From the NCBI GenBank assembly GCA_043228905.1, contig JBHGNT010000008.1, positions 7,688,001-7,752,000 on the forward strand: a stretch of DNA of 64,000 nucleotides, read 5' to 3'. Position 1 is the first letter of the stretch. Each line of letters starts with the position of its first letter. This DNA comes from Azolla caroliniana (lineage: Eukaryota > Plantae > Polypodiophyta). Below, in pieces: positions 25,173 to 37,994 of the stretch. Position numbers and translations under genes: made by a program. The notes beneath the pieces were generated by a model. That model ran no database searches and had not been told where the DNA came from. It saw only the letters and a list, made by a program, of their open reading frames with translations.

Positions 25173-28100
25173 AGTTGGGCACTCGCTAACCATATGTGGG
25201 CCTTGGCAATTAAAATATTTCAATTCTGACCTCCTTAGACCATTATTGTTGCGATATCCCATTGACGGCCCCCGGTATTTGGTCACCTTCGAAGTCGACA
25301 AAGTGGGAGAGCACCTCTTCTTCAAACCCATACCCCTGGTATGCTTCATATTCGGGGGTGCCCCCCCAACCTGACTTTGGTTATCAGTGGTATATTCTAG
25401 TTTGGTGAGGCGAGTACCGATACGCGGTAGTGGGGGTTGTTGGGGAAGTATTGTTGGTAGTTGTGGGCAGCTAAACGGTGGAGGTGAGTGTGGGTGCTCT
25501 ACCATTGGTGTTTGGCTATACCTTCCATTTGGGGCTTGCCAGCAGTTCTCTTCAGAATGCATCACGAAAGCTTTGCACCACTTACAGTGTTGCGGCCGTC
25601 GTTGGTGGAGGAGGGGGCACTCGTGCCCCGTGTGATGGCCATGGCATACTGTACACCTTACATTTTCTCTTTGGGCGTATGCTTGGGGTTTTTCTATATG
25701 GGGTGGTCTCGGTGGCGTGGGTAGAGTGGGATCTGAGGGCTTCTCACGGTTGTTCGTAGGCGCTTGAGTGGGTATCCGTAACCCGCTCATTGAATCCTCG
25801 AAGGTCGTCTCTACCATGCAAGGTTCAGCGAACGACCAACACATCCTGGCAATTAGGAAATTTTGGGACATCTTGTCGCTCGGGCTACAACGATGGTGCA
25901 GGCTTTTCGTGTGGCGTATGTAGTCCCTGACCGTCTCATTCACTTCTTGCTTGAGGGCGAAAAGTTGGTCGATCGGGTTCCATTTATTTCCTCGATGAGC
26001 GAAGTTTATCAAGAAATCTTCGATGACATTGTCGCGATAATCCGTGAGTACGTGTAGGATCTTAGGCTGGACCACGAGGGTCTTGGACTAGGGAGTAGAG
26101 GAGAAAGAATACGACATGAAATGGAAGCTTAGCTCACGAGAAGAAGAGAAAAGAATAAGACAATAACATAGAATAGACGGAGGCAAGATACCTCAACAAG
26201 ACAAGATACACAAGCAAGTTATATTATGAATCTGCAAATGAATACAACCATGGTGGCATAGGCCAAAACCCAATGACTACATGCACGTAGGCTTGTTCGA
26301 CCCGTCGATAGGTCATTCGCTGCGATCCTGTAATGCACGTGCTTTCCCGTTGGCACTTCTTTCGACCACATGCATGCTTCTCGTTCCTTTCGATACACGG
26401 TGTCCTCCGTCCGAGGAGCACCCGTAATGGCCCGCTTGGCCTCCGTCGACCTTGGCGTCGTCCCGATTCTCATTCCGGGCTGATCTCCACTGCCTTTGTC
26501 CCCTCGCCGCCACCTACCTTCTCCTTGGTCTTATGTTGCCACAGCGGCTGAACGGCCAAGGTCTCCGAAACCAATGTCGAGGTTCCCTCTCCAGCCTTCT
26601 CCACGAGATCACCAGGACCTTGTATTCCCGCTTTGGCACCTCCGTGTGCCACGCATTCCCTTCTCATGTTCAGCTCCGCCCGTGCCGAACTACAGTTATT
26701 TCCCATGCACGCGTTGTTGACCCTCGCCCGGCTAGATCGTGCATCACCGCTTCTCCGCCTACCGGTGTCCTCAGCATACGAGGAAAACCCCGTGTCGGCC
26801 CGCTTGGCCCCTTTCGTTCCGTGCAGCTGACCTTGGTTTGGCGCCATGCATTTGCCACCGTCCCCTCACCCCCACCAGCTTGTTATCTCGGGCTTGGCTT
26901 GCCACGCGAGTCGTTGCCACTCCGACTAAGCCACCGAGATCTCAGAAGCAGGTGTGGAGGATCCTCCTTCGATCACCGATACCGTTTCCGGCTACCAACC
27001 CATGCAGCCTATCCATCTTCCACCTTGCTTGCTCAACACCGCCTATGTCGAACACCGTCCCATACTCATGCTTCGCTTTGGCCCTTGATGGCCACTCGCA
27101 CGTCTCTTGCTCCGTGCCCTGCTTACCCCTCACCTGCTTCCCTCCAAAATCGCAACCGGTCGGTAAGGGTTCGTCCTTTGTCAACTCTAGCCTCACCGGC
27201 TCCCAGTCCGCTCTTCCTACATCGCCGGTTCCCGTTTCCTACTGCCACCATCCTTCTCACTCAGTCTCACGTTGCCATGTCGGCGTCGACTCGAACTACC
27301 GGTGTCTCCGGATCAGTGTGAGGATCCCATAGGACAGTCTTCCTTTCTCTCCTCCCGTCTTCCGCGTTGTCTTCCGGCCGGGTCGGTTCCCGACTCTCCC
27401 TTTGTTTCTTACTAGAAGGCCCAGTTTCGGTTAGTGGTTGCCTTGCCGTCCTGATACCGCCATGCCCACTCGTTCTCTCTTCCCGCATCGCTGGTTCCAT
27501 CTTCAGCCTTCTTCATTCGGCATCGTTTGTGCCGAACACCGTCCCGTACCCGTGCTTTTGCTTTGGCCCTCGATGGCCACGTGCATGTCTCACGTTCTGC
27601 TTTCGGGTGTGCGCCTTCCCGGCTCGACACACCACTCCTTAATCGGGTGTCCCCGGTAGCCTACAAAAGGATCACCCTTGCCGCGTCCTAGCCCGCATGG
27701 CCTCCTTCGTTCACGTAACACCTTGGCTAGTCGGTGCTTCTGTTGTTGCCACCTTCATCTCCTTGCCGCCACCTTCCATTACCCTCGGTCTCACGTTGCC
27801 ACATCGGCCAAATTGCCAGGGTCTTCGGACAGGTGTGAAGGATCCTTCTTGGGCCTCCGATTTGTTCGGTCACTGACTCGTGTACTAAGAACATCTGATC
27901 TTTGTCTTACCGACTCTGTCATTCGGGTCCGTATATGGTTTGTGGCCGCCTAACTGGCCTCATACCTCTTTTCACTCTATTTTCCGCTTTCCGTCGTCCG
28001 ATCACGTTCTCTTGCCGCCACCGTCCTTCTCTCTAGGTATCACGCCGACTCTCATTGCCGGCTACCGAAGTCTCTGGATCGGTGTGAGTGTCTTCATAGA

Positions 28101-28313
28101 CCACCCATCCGCAGTCCTTTGCCTTCGTCCCCTCGCTGCCACCGTTCGTCACTCTAGGTCTCACGCCAGCTCTCGGACCGACCGCCGGAGTCTCTAGAAC
28201 TGGTGTGAAGGATTCGCCTCGGGCTCGTCTTATCTCTGACCCTTATCCCGGGTCATCTTTCTCCGCAAGTCGAGAGGGTGGATCGCTCCACACCCTCTCC
28301 CATGGTACCGACG

Positions 28314-29225
28314 TGACAGGAACACACACTCCCGATGAACAACGCTCGGCCACAACCAAGCCTAGGATCAAACAAAGAAAACGAGTAATGAACGCACGAC
28401 ACAATGAAGAGAAGAGTACACAGGATGTTAACGTGGAAAACCCAAACTAGGGAAAAACCACGACAGCCCACAGACTGCAAACTATCACTATTTCACAATG
28501 TACAATAGTAAATCACCGAGGTAACGACCTCGAGCTTGCTCTCTTCGCCACAGGCGGCGGTTACAACAGAGACAATGACCTCTTCCTCTCTCTCTCTCTC
28601 TCTCTGTACACAGTAATGCACTCTAATCTTGCACCAACAAGAATGACGACTACTAATACTACTAAGTTTGCCCTAAGTCATATTTATACTACTAATATGA
28701 CTTTTTGGCTATTTACAAATATAGCCCCGATGGACTCTCAGAAAACATATTTACGAATATGCCCCTTCATCCGGTGAGCACTTCTCATCGGGCCTTCACC
28801 ATCCGGCTCTTGCCGGGTACTCGTCATCCGGTTCTCACCGGGTCTTCCGTTGCCGGGTACTCGTCATCCGGTTCTCACCAGGTCTTCCGTTGTCGGGTAC
28901 TCCTCATCCGGTTCTCACCGGGTCTTCCGTTGTCGGGTACTCCTCATCCAGTTCTCACCGGGTCTTCCGTAGCCGAGTACTCCACATCCGGTTCTCACCG
29001 GGTCTTCCGTTGCTGGGTACTCCTCATCCCGTTCTCACCGGGTCTTCCGTAGCCGGGTACTCCACATCCGGTTCTCACCGGGTCTTCCGTTTCCGGGTAC
29101 TCGTCATCCGGTGAGAACCGGGTCTTCCGTAGCCGGGTACTCCACATCCGGTTTCGGCCTCGGCCGAGTTTGCTCATCAACACTGTTCTTCTCACTTCCC
29201 ATCCGGAGAGACCTGTTTCCTAACA
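28314..29225. mobile_element. Solo LTR carrying a 40-bp tandem array
   Basis: TG...CA; TSD CGACG/CGACA (one CpG-type mismatch); related to 24591-25172. Confidence 0.75.
28811..29152. repeat. 40-bp minisatellite, about 8.5 units
   Basis: Unit TCGTCATCCGGTTCTCACCGGGTCTTCCGTTGCCGGGTAC starting at 28821, 28861 ... 29101. Confidence 0.95.
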
Positions 29226-30156
29226 CGACATACCGTGTTCCCGGCCTCTCCGTAGGCCTGCTCTCTCCTCCCTCCCCGATCGGTTATTTGGAAGTCCGCT
29301 CCGCCCGGTTCTCGTCTGGGTCAGTCCATCATTCTCTGGATTGCCAAGTCCCATTCTCTTGCCGCCACCGTCAGTATCTTGGTCTTACGTCGGATCCGAT
29401 GCTAATCGCCGGAGTCTCTAGCCCGGTGTGAGGTGACCCATAGGACCGGTCTTCGTTCTCCGCTTCATCCCTTGTACTTCTCCCGGACTCATTGTCACTC
29501 TCCTTGTTGTGCTCCCACCTCCATCTTCCATCTCTTTCGGTCTCACGTTGCCACGCCGGCCGAACTGCCGAAATCTTCAGTCAAGATGTGGGGACACCGA
29601 TCTTATAACGACTCCCGACGACTCATCCGGGGCCACCGACCCTTTTAATGGTGTGAGTGGAAAGCATCCGCTCTATGATTGATCAAGCCCCGCTTGGGCC
29701 TGATTCTCCAATATCCGGAGTTTCGGCTTCGATGCCGATCCTATCAGACTTGTTCCGTACCCTCGATCATCTTCTTACTGATTCCCGACCTTTACCCAGT
29801 CGGTCTTTCTCCCCATGTAAAAGAGGGTGGCTCGTCCCGCACCCTCTCTTGTATCGGCACCGTCGTGCCCCGCTTGGCCTCTGGCTCGACCACGTCTGTC
29901 TCGTCTGTGTGCCCGCTTCCCGTTGTGATGTCATGTCATCCCACGCCGCCTTCATTCTGCTTTGGGGTGACCACGCTCTGTGAGCTGCACGGAGCTCCTC
30001 CTCTTTATGCTGGACGATCAAGCCTTCAGCGAAACTCGTGGGACTCCGTCCCAGTTGTAATGGTCGACTTCTTTGACCTTGCCCATCTCGATGCGCCGCT
30101 TTTCGACTCTCCTCCTCGAAGTCTTCGACCTCGAACTCCATCCTTCCTTGCCGCCC

Positions 30157-30174
30157 TTCACGTCGGGTTCACCA
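30157..30174 (-). promoter_or_regulatory. Primer-binding site complementary to tRNA-Trp
   Basis: Plus strand TTCACGTCGGGTTCACCA matches the recalled 3' end of plant cytosolic tRNA-Trp; 8 nt from the LTR. Confidence 0.8.
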
Positions 30175-31711
30175 AATTATTATGTCGCGATAATCCATGA
30201 GTACGTGTAGGATCTTAGGCAGAACCGCGAGGGTCTTGGACTAGGGAGTAGAGGAAAAAGAATAAGACATGAAATGGAAGCTTAGCTCATAAGAAGAAGA
30301 GAAAAGAATAAGACCATAACATAGAGTAGATGGAGGCAAGATACCTCAACAAGACAAGATACACAAGCAAGTTATATTATGAATCCGCAAAAGAATACAA
30401 CCATGGCGGCATAGGCCAAAACCCAACGACTACAAGAAACCCTAACCTCCTAAGTAAAGAAGAAGATAAAGAAACCCTAGAAGAAACCATAAACCGAATA
30501 GAGACCCTCGACCTAAGTGGTGTACCTCTCTCACTCAAAATAGGCAACCCCTTTACAAAGGGCGCTCCCTTCCTTTTATAGAACAAGGAGAGGGATGCGT
30601 AACGATGTGGGATAAATCCCTTATTACATGGGATCCTCTGTCCCGAATTAACTACTGTCCAGCGCCATAATGGTGCCCCTATTATTTACACAATTTGTAC
30701 AAGGGTGAGTGCACATGATGCACCCCGCCGATTCTTCCGATATTCCCCGGTTTCTCACTATGGCCTAGAATCTTCACGACAACGTACTTGAAGTCCACAA
30801 CGATGTCCTCATTCAAGGTTCTAAACCAAATTCCGGCTTGGTCATCGAGTGTAAGCCCAAATGCGGCTACTTTGGTGGTCTCGGTGAGAGGTTCATAAGT
30901 GCGACAGATCTATTTGAACCTCTTGACGTGATCATAGGCGTCACCGAGACCGAGAAAACGGGGTACTAGTTTAGAAATGGAAGCACTCTTCCTACTATCG
31001 TTTGTATTGTTTCTCGAATGTTCCATGGGTGCTCGTTCTTTTTCCATCAATGCCACGAGGGTTTGGATGGATTGTAACACTAGTGTGAGTTCGGTGTTTG
31101 GGGATGTCGAGGCAGTTTGGTCGGGTGTAGGGGTCGTGTCCATACATGGTGGTGTCAAGTGTCGTTGCGTGTGGGCTTCGTTTGGATTGTCACCCGTTGT
31201 GCTCGAATGCGGCGTAGGGCTGCGCTCACGGCCTCGTTGGTGCGTATGCGACGATGCTTCTAGGAGGTGAAGTTTTTGTTGCACTCGTGTGAATCTATCT
31301 TTCCTTTCTACCAAAGCAGCTTCGATATCTCGAGTGATGCTTTCCGGTTGTCCTCCTTTCGCGAGTTGTACCGTCCATATATTGATTTCTTGTTCTATCA
31401 CCTATAACTCTTGTGCGGCATCCCGTATGTGTTGCTCTACGCTAAGCGGGTCTGCCATTGGGCTCTCCTGTAGTGGGGGTGTGTTGAGAGGTGCTTTAGT
31501 TGATGGGCTCGATGGGAGGTTCATGTTTGGTAGCGTCCCCGGTGTTAATCACCCTTCGTGGTATCGAGTTGGGTTACATGGGTCAACACCGTGTGTTTGG
31601 TTTGTTTGGGTGGACTCCTCCTGGCGTGTGGGTCGGGTTTTGAACATGTTTGTCCATGAGGATCTGGCCATGTTCTCTTGTCAAGCTTTGCGGGTTCGTT
31701 GAAAGATGATC

Positions 31712-31965
31712 CTTCGTCGAACTTTGTGGATTTGGTAGACTCTAATCTTTCGTCGAACTTTGTGCGTTTGGCAAACTTGGACCTTTCGTCGAAAGGTGTG
31801 GGTTCGTCGAGCTTTGATCTTTCGTCGAAGAATGTGGGTTCGTCAAACTTTGATCTTTCGTCAAAGGATGTGGGTTCGTCGAACTTTGATCTTTCGTCGA
31901 AGGATGTGCGTTCATCAAAAGATGTGGGTTTGTCGAACATTGCTCTTTCGTCGAAAGATGTGGGC
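31712..31965. repeat. 18/36-bp minisatellite in the 5' gag region
   Basis: TTCGTCGAA recurs every 18 bp; the minus strand reads (FDEPTSFDERSK)n. Confidence 0.9.
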
Positions 31966-32211
31966 GTTGGCACCAACAAATTCAAATCTCAACAATGCTT
32001 AGCGTTAACCAAACGAATGGCTTACTAATGTCTGGGCAATTAAGGAAAGGTAAATTAAAACTAAAAAAAACAGAAAATTAACTTAATTAAAATGTGAAAT
32101 AGCAAGCATATAAAACAGAAAATAGTGGTTTCCTTTCGATTTCTTCCCTCGTTAAGTGGGTTGCCTACGAGTGTTTGACCACTCGAAATCGGCTTCAAGC
32201 GTCGGTCGTGT

Positions 32212-32228
32212 CCTTGGCAGCGGCGCCA
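32212..32228 (-). promoter_or_regulatory. Primer-binding site, tRNA-Asp type
   Basis: TGGCGCCGCTGCCAAGG next to the LTR end; resembles the Athila PBS TGGCGCCGTTGCCGGGG. Confidence 0.75.
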
Positions 32229-32953
32229 AATAGATGTGTAGGATCTATGTATCGATGAAGTTAACTCCTCGATGTTGTTTGCGGAGTTCGAACCGGCGTA
32301 TACCCTTTTGATGGCGAATCGGGCGGAGATGGTTGTCGGACACCTCCGAGCCTCACACTCACTTAACGATTAATAGATGATTAAGCACGATATCTCTCTC
32401 ACTCTCTCAAGCTCGCTCTCATAGACAATAGGGTAATGAATATAGACAATAAGAGTAATGAATATGTTTCTTAACCCTCTTTGCTAAGAGGTCTAGCACC
32501 AACAAGGAAGAGATATTAGTGTTCTCTAACTAAACACTTCACTAATCTATCTTAAGCTTAAAGGTTACAAGAAGGAGGAGACGAAGCTCTAGCTCTTAAT
32601 CAATAGGGAGATCTTTACAAATGGAAGAACCCTTACAAAGCCACCACCATGTGGTTTATATAGCATTTACATTTAGGGTATGGGCCTTTCACACTTGGGT
32701 GTCCCTTAGCCCTCTTTCCTCTTGCCATTCCCTCTTCATAGGTCCTTTAGCCATACTACGTCCTTGTTGATGCGCTCTTCTTCATTCCCTATCGTGGTGC
32801 GATCCAAGCACTTAACAAACACCGATCAAGGCTCGAGTCCGTCTCAATCCCTTCACTCGGGGGTGGTCAGGTGGATCGACATCCTTCTTTCTCTCTCTCT
32901 TGTCTTATTTCATATATATTATATCCTTATCATATGCTTACATTAGATCATCA

Positions 32954-33424
32954 CTCTAATAGGAAGGGTTTCTTCGGGTAGCGGATGCGTCGCCACACAA
33001 AGAACCAGAGAAGATCGCAACAAAGATTGACCTCGAGGAGATCTCTAAAGGCACCGTCCGAGCTCTCATTGGGTTACCGGTCGGGAGACTGTATTCCATC
33101 GAGAACCCCTCCACAGAAATCTTGACTGAATACTTCGGGGAGTATTCCATCGCCAGCAAAGCATACCGAACACAAGGTGGCGAGAATCCCATGTTCATGG
33201 AGGTGGCTCATGTTTTATTAGAATACGGATTTGTACATCCTCCACCCCCAGCCATGCCAAAGAATCAGGCTAGATTTATCATAGCAACATTCGAAGGCTG
33301 CAAGGTGGATTGGCAGGTAATTATAGCCGAATCTCTACGAACAACAATCGCATCCGTAGTGGACGGGAAGAAGGCATGGTGCGGGTTAGCCCAGTGGCTA
33401 ACATTATTGGTACCCCCAACACAC
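32954..33424 (+). mobile_element. Fragment of the gypsy additional ORF (homologue of 681-1391)
   Basis: EGFLRV...YFGEYSIASKAYRTQGGE...IIATFEGCKVDWQVIIAESL versus KGFLRI...YFGEYSLGSKAYRTQGGE...IIATYEGVHVDWPVMIADGL. Confidence 0.85.
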
Positions 33425-36400
33425 TGTTGTTTGTGGGACAATTTTGTAAATTAAGTATGAAACGAATCCAAAGGTAGGCGAAGTAGGTAAAGGCAACCGA
33501 AATCAGGAAGTTAAAGAAGAACACAGCGAGCCGAAATACATGCAACCGAAAACGAGGGAAGACTGAAGCAAGTCGAGCGAGAAGAAGGAAAAGAACTATA
33601 AAAACGTGGAGCAGAACGAAGAAAAGAGGGAGAAGATCTTATTAGCTGAGATAGCATATTCTGATACATAACTATATTTACTCTGTCATAATTCCGGTCG
33701 TGAGTCGTGTAATGTATTTTTTGGGAATCGTAGTACATATACAATTTTGGGTCCATATTATGCACTGTGTTAAGATCAATATACATAATTATCAATTATT
33801 GAATTAAGATCTTGTCTACGACCGAGTGCGCTACACGTTCATTACACGGACGGGTTGCAAAGCAATCCCACACGTATTTTGTGTGTCCACCACGTAGCGC
33901 AACCCCCTTGGTCCAATTTCGGTAAGAAATCGAAGGTGTTGCTTCCGAAAAGGGAGATAACACAATTTGGCACGCCCGGTTCACGTTGTGCATCACAACG
34001 AACAAACGTCGGTGGACGCCCCTAGCCGCTAGCCGCCATTACGGCGCCCAATCGCCTTAGCCGCTCTTGGCTCCCTTCCCGCCGCACCAAGCTAGCCGAA
34101 GATATCATTGACTCTGCGATCACTCAGCACTCATCACCCGAAACCCCGGAATCGCAACCCACACCCATCATCCTCGATACAGAATCACGCACCAGCCCAG
34201 AACTTGTCACTCCTCCGAGTCCGCCAACAGTCTCTCAACAATCCAGGTTCAACCCTTTCCCAGCCCTACCGGACAACTGAGATCTCAACGCAATGTCGTA
34301 CCACTCCTATACCCGCTATACGGATAGTCCCGACGCGGAATCTCACATCCGCTCTTTTCTCTCCACATGGCAAGCCAATCATTCCACGCAACGCCTCACC
34401 GCTGCGGAGGTGGACGCCTCAAAAATCACGGAATTTACCCTTTCGTTAGACAACCCCCCTACATGGTGGTATTCTCACCATGATCTGAGGGAGTTTACAA
34501 CATTCCAAGATGTTCGCACACAATTTTTGGAGTTATTCCACCGGGAGATCCCTAAGCGCGAATTGCTCCACCAATTCTATACCATTGCCCAGGGACCCAA
34601 TGAAACGGTTTCCCAGTTTACCATCCAATTCCAAGCCCTCCACCGGCAACTCGCACAAGATGTATCCGCCAGCTATTTAAAATATACGTTCCTTGCTGGA
34701 CTTCGAGAGCCGCTGAGCACGACGTTACGTTCGCACACAATTTCTGGAGTTATTCCACCGGGAGATCCCTAAGCGTGAATTGCTCCGCCAATTCTATACC
34801 ATTGCCCAGGGACCCAATGAAATGGTTTCCCAGTTTACCATCCAATTCCAAGCCCTCTACCGGCAACTCGCACAAGATGTATCCGCCAGCTATTTAAAAT
34901 ATACGTTCCTTGCTGGACTTCGAGAGCCACTGAGCACGACGTTGGCCCTCACAGATTTTTCCCAACACACTATCGAACAAGTGGTTGCTCATGATCTCAC
35001 TTTAGATAAGGCTCATCATAACAATTCCTCTCCATGGGTATGCTCCAAGCTGCCTTGCCAACAACCGAGGAGACCCAGTTTCGGCAAGCATTGCAATGCA
35101 CGGCTTGTGCCAAATCCGGTCATTTGGCGATCGATTGCCCTCTACAACCACATTTCCCTATCTGCCATTCTAGAGTACATACGGTTGAGCAATGTGAGTA
35201 CAACATGCTCAATCGTACGAACTCGGTTCCTGTACAACAAATCGAGCTACGCCACGATCATTCGCAATAGGATGAGCGACTACCACCACAGAACAGAGAC
35301 GTTGAACAATCCTGGGAAATGAGCGGCTTCACCACCACGATGGTTATCACCCAGAACCGGATCACTATCACCGGGAGCCACCACACCATCACAATCAGTC
35401 ACGCTATTACCATGATGAGCGTTATTTTCCGGAGGACCCCTATTACCATGATGACTACAATCGGGGAGACTATTACGAACCCCGATACCCACGGCACGAT
35501 CGACGGCCTCCACCTCATAATCGCGGCATGCGGCATTCGGGGAATAACCGACGACCCTTCGACAACCGTTGTCACAACAATCCGCACAATGATAATCGGC
35601 GACCTCCCCAAGCCGAGTCTCGTGGCAACCCTCCACAATCCTATCCCCCGTCGGCTCGGGAAGATCAACCCCGCAACCTCGCAACCTCAATTCAAGCAAG
35701 GGGAGCCCAACAATTTCGCAACTGTAACTTGCTTCAACTGTAATCAACCGGGCCATTACGCTACGCAATGTCCGACGAACAATTGAGGTAAAGCACTAGC
35801 CGTGAATATGATTGCGCTTGATGTTCAGCAGGTTACCACCCGAAGTAAGGCCCACCAGTCACAATGGGAGATTTAGGACGAAGTTCGCCAAACCGCTAAG
35901 TAGTGTATCATATGCACACGAAAATGAAGGAGATCAGTCACGGGCCATCACCACCCTCAACCTTGACTGCACAAACCGATAATCACCCGGTCTGGTAAGC
36001 CCTAACCAACTGCCAAATCTCCATGCCCCTGCATAAACTATTGCAGTTGCTGTCACGCTTCAAAGAAACACTCAAGTCCCGTATTGTCGGTCTGGAACTG
36101 ACTACCTCCTCCGTATGTCTCACGACGTTGGAACCCGGGACCCCACTCATGGATTCCCAAAATCCAACGGTAAAAATATCGTCATTAAAGGCCGCGAGGT
36201 CCATGGGTGCATTATCGATGGTGGCTCAAGAGTTAATGTAATTAGTGAGGTGACATGTCACGATCTGGGTCTCACGCAATGGGAGACGTGTCCATTTTGG
36301 CTTCGCATGGCAGATACGCGATCAGTTCGACCGATAGGTTTAATCCGAAACCTTGAGTTTATACTCGGAGGGCATACCTTTATGGTGTCCACGGTAGTAT

Positions 36401-36650
36401 TACGATTGGATGCCCCTGGAGCGTACTCGCTGCTGTTGGGACAACCATGGTTACGCACAACTAATATAAAGCAACATTGGCAGCACAACATGATCTCTTT
36501 TCGTCGGGAAAAGACGAAAGTGCGAATCGTCATGGCAAAACAAACCACGACACCCCCCGACAACTGTCTGATGTATGCTAAAGGAGTTCATATGCTCAAC
36601 GGTCTCGGCGACAATGAGATGGATTCTTTTTTTAGACGGGCACCCCACTA
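33425..36650 (+). mobile_element. 5' part of a gypsy element: probable LTR about 33425-33962, PBS 33968-33980, gag 34293-35786, protease about 36150-36650; 3'-truncated
   Basis: PBS TGGCACGCCCGGT; CCHC CFNCNQPGHYATQC; IIDGGSRVNVI...LLLGQPWL. LTR start is tentative. Confidence 0.8.
34512..34943 (+). repeat. 217-bp tandem duplication that frameshifts gag
   Basis: Near-identical copies start at 34512 and 34729. Confidence 0.92.
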
Positions 36651-37685
36651 AAACTATTTCACACATTATGTGTAAAATTGAGTGGGGATTCTCAATGTTC
36701 AAGAATTTTACAAATAAACTTTGCAATTTAGAGTGAACATTGAGTAACAGCATGAGAAATATGTTGTCGTATTATATTGGATTGATAAATTGTGAAAAGC
36801 CAACTTAAATGTGGTTGACAATAGAGTATTTATCGAAGTGTGACACTCATACCTGTGAACTTCCTCATTACAAAATAAGTGTAATCGATGTCTTATTGTT
36901 AGTGTCCCAATGCCCATCTCTTTTGGCCCAAGAATCTTAAACTAGAAGGCCATTTACACCATGCCAACATTAGTTTAGCATTATTAGGCGTGTGGTCAAT
37001 CCATAATAAGTGGCAAAGGGAACCATTCACCAACTAATGGTGCAAATAAATGAGCAATGAATGCACGATCCATGACAAAAGCAAGTGAAACTTTCATTCA
37101 GCTACATTCATGAGTTCCCATGGGGGAGGTGACCAACGCACTAATGTATAGCAGACGTCAATTGCTGCTGACATTAATACTAAGGAAAAGCAGGAATAGA
37201 TCTTTAGTTTATTTATGGATTAAAGATGCCACAATTATGGCAGTATTCTGTTGCTTGCATCATCTTGCCCATTGCACATTACTTTCATGTTGTGCAGTTG
37301 ACCAACAAGTTCCTTTAAATTTAAGTAGAGGACAATTATGTGTACCAATTAAATCCTTCATGACCTGCAGTTTGTGCGTGATTGTTAAAGCCTAAAATAT
37401 AATGCAATCTTTGTTTGAATTGACATCTGCAGTTTGTTGTGGTTCAGATATGCTGCTGGAATATTTTGCAATTCATTATCAGTTTTCCAGAAAAACTAAA
37501 TAGAAAGAAATCTCACATTAATATATAACCATAACTCAATTGAGAACTATCTCCAAATTAATCTATATGCAGCAATTTTGGAGCCTCACTAAAAAGCTTT
37601 TGTTGTTCGAAATTGTCATAACACAATCACCATTCAGCATTAAATATAGCATTTTAGCCTCACTTTGTTTAGGCCGCGCTATAGA

Positions 37686-37994
37686 ACCTAAACATAGATT
37701 CCAGATGGCTGTGTTCATTTTGTTGGTTGTGTTGATTTGGGTTAGTCTGCATATGCAAAATCCCACTTTCATTAAACCAAGACTTTCACTTTTCCACTAA
37801 ATAGTTATATGAACCATAATGTCAGATGCCAGTAATCATACCTAAATATAGATTCCGGATGGCTGTGTTCATTTTGTTGGTTGTGTTCATTTGGGTTAGT
37901 CTGCATATGCAAAACCCCACTTTCATTAAACCAAGACTTTCACTTTTCCACTAATAGTTATATGAACCATTATGTCAGATGCCAGTAATCATAC
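37686..37994. repeat. About 154-bp tandem duplication, intergenic
   Basis: ACCTAAA.ATAGATTCC...GCCAGTAATCATAC occurs twice. Confidence 0.92.

Larger units (their letters stand above)
26030..30781 (-). mobile_element. Non-autonomous LTR element; 5' LTR 30183-30781, truncated 3' LTR 26030-26281, tRNA-Trp PBS
   Basis: About 250 bp of LTR homology; ends TGTCGCGA...TCACGACA; flanks ACAT/ACGT; no gag/pol motifs seen inside. Confidence 0.85.
3906..32953 (-). mobile_element. Athila-like Ty3/gypsy element, heavily interrupted: 5' LTR about 32235-32953, gag about 23950-32000, PR 23223-23915, RT/RH 21420-22560, INT 20631-21413 continuing at about 4390-4841
   Basis: PBS TGGCGCCGCTGCC; DTGAG protease; YIDD RT. 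Removing the copia restores integrase GEFMVT|HRKSSPYYP.CNGQV. No 3' LTR seen. Confidence 0.8.

Noticed and set aside
26452-27332. 289-aa and 197-aa ORFs
   Set aside because: GC-rich repeat interior of a non-autonomous element; no protein motifs.
28811-29152. CRISPR-like array
   Set aside because: Head-to-tail units with no unique spacers, inside a eukaryotic LTR, and no cas genes.
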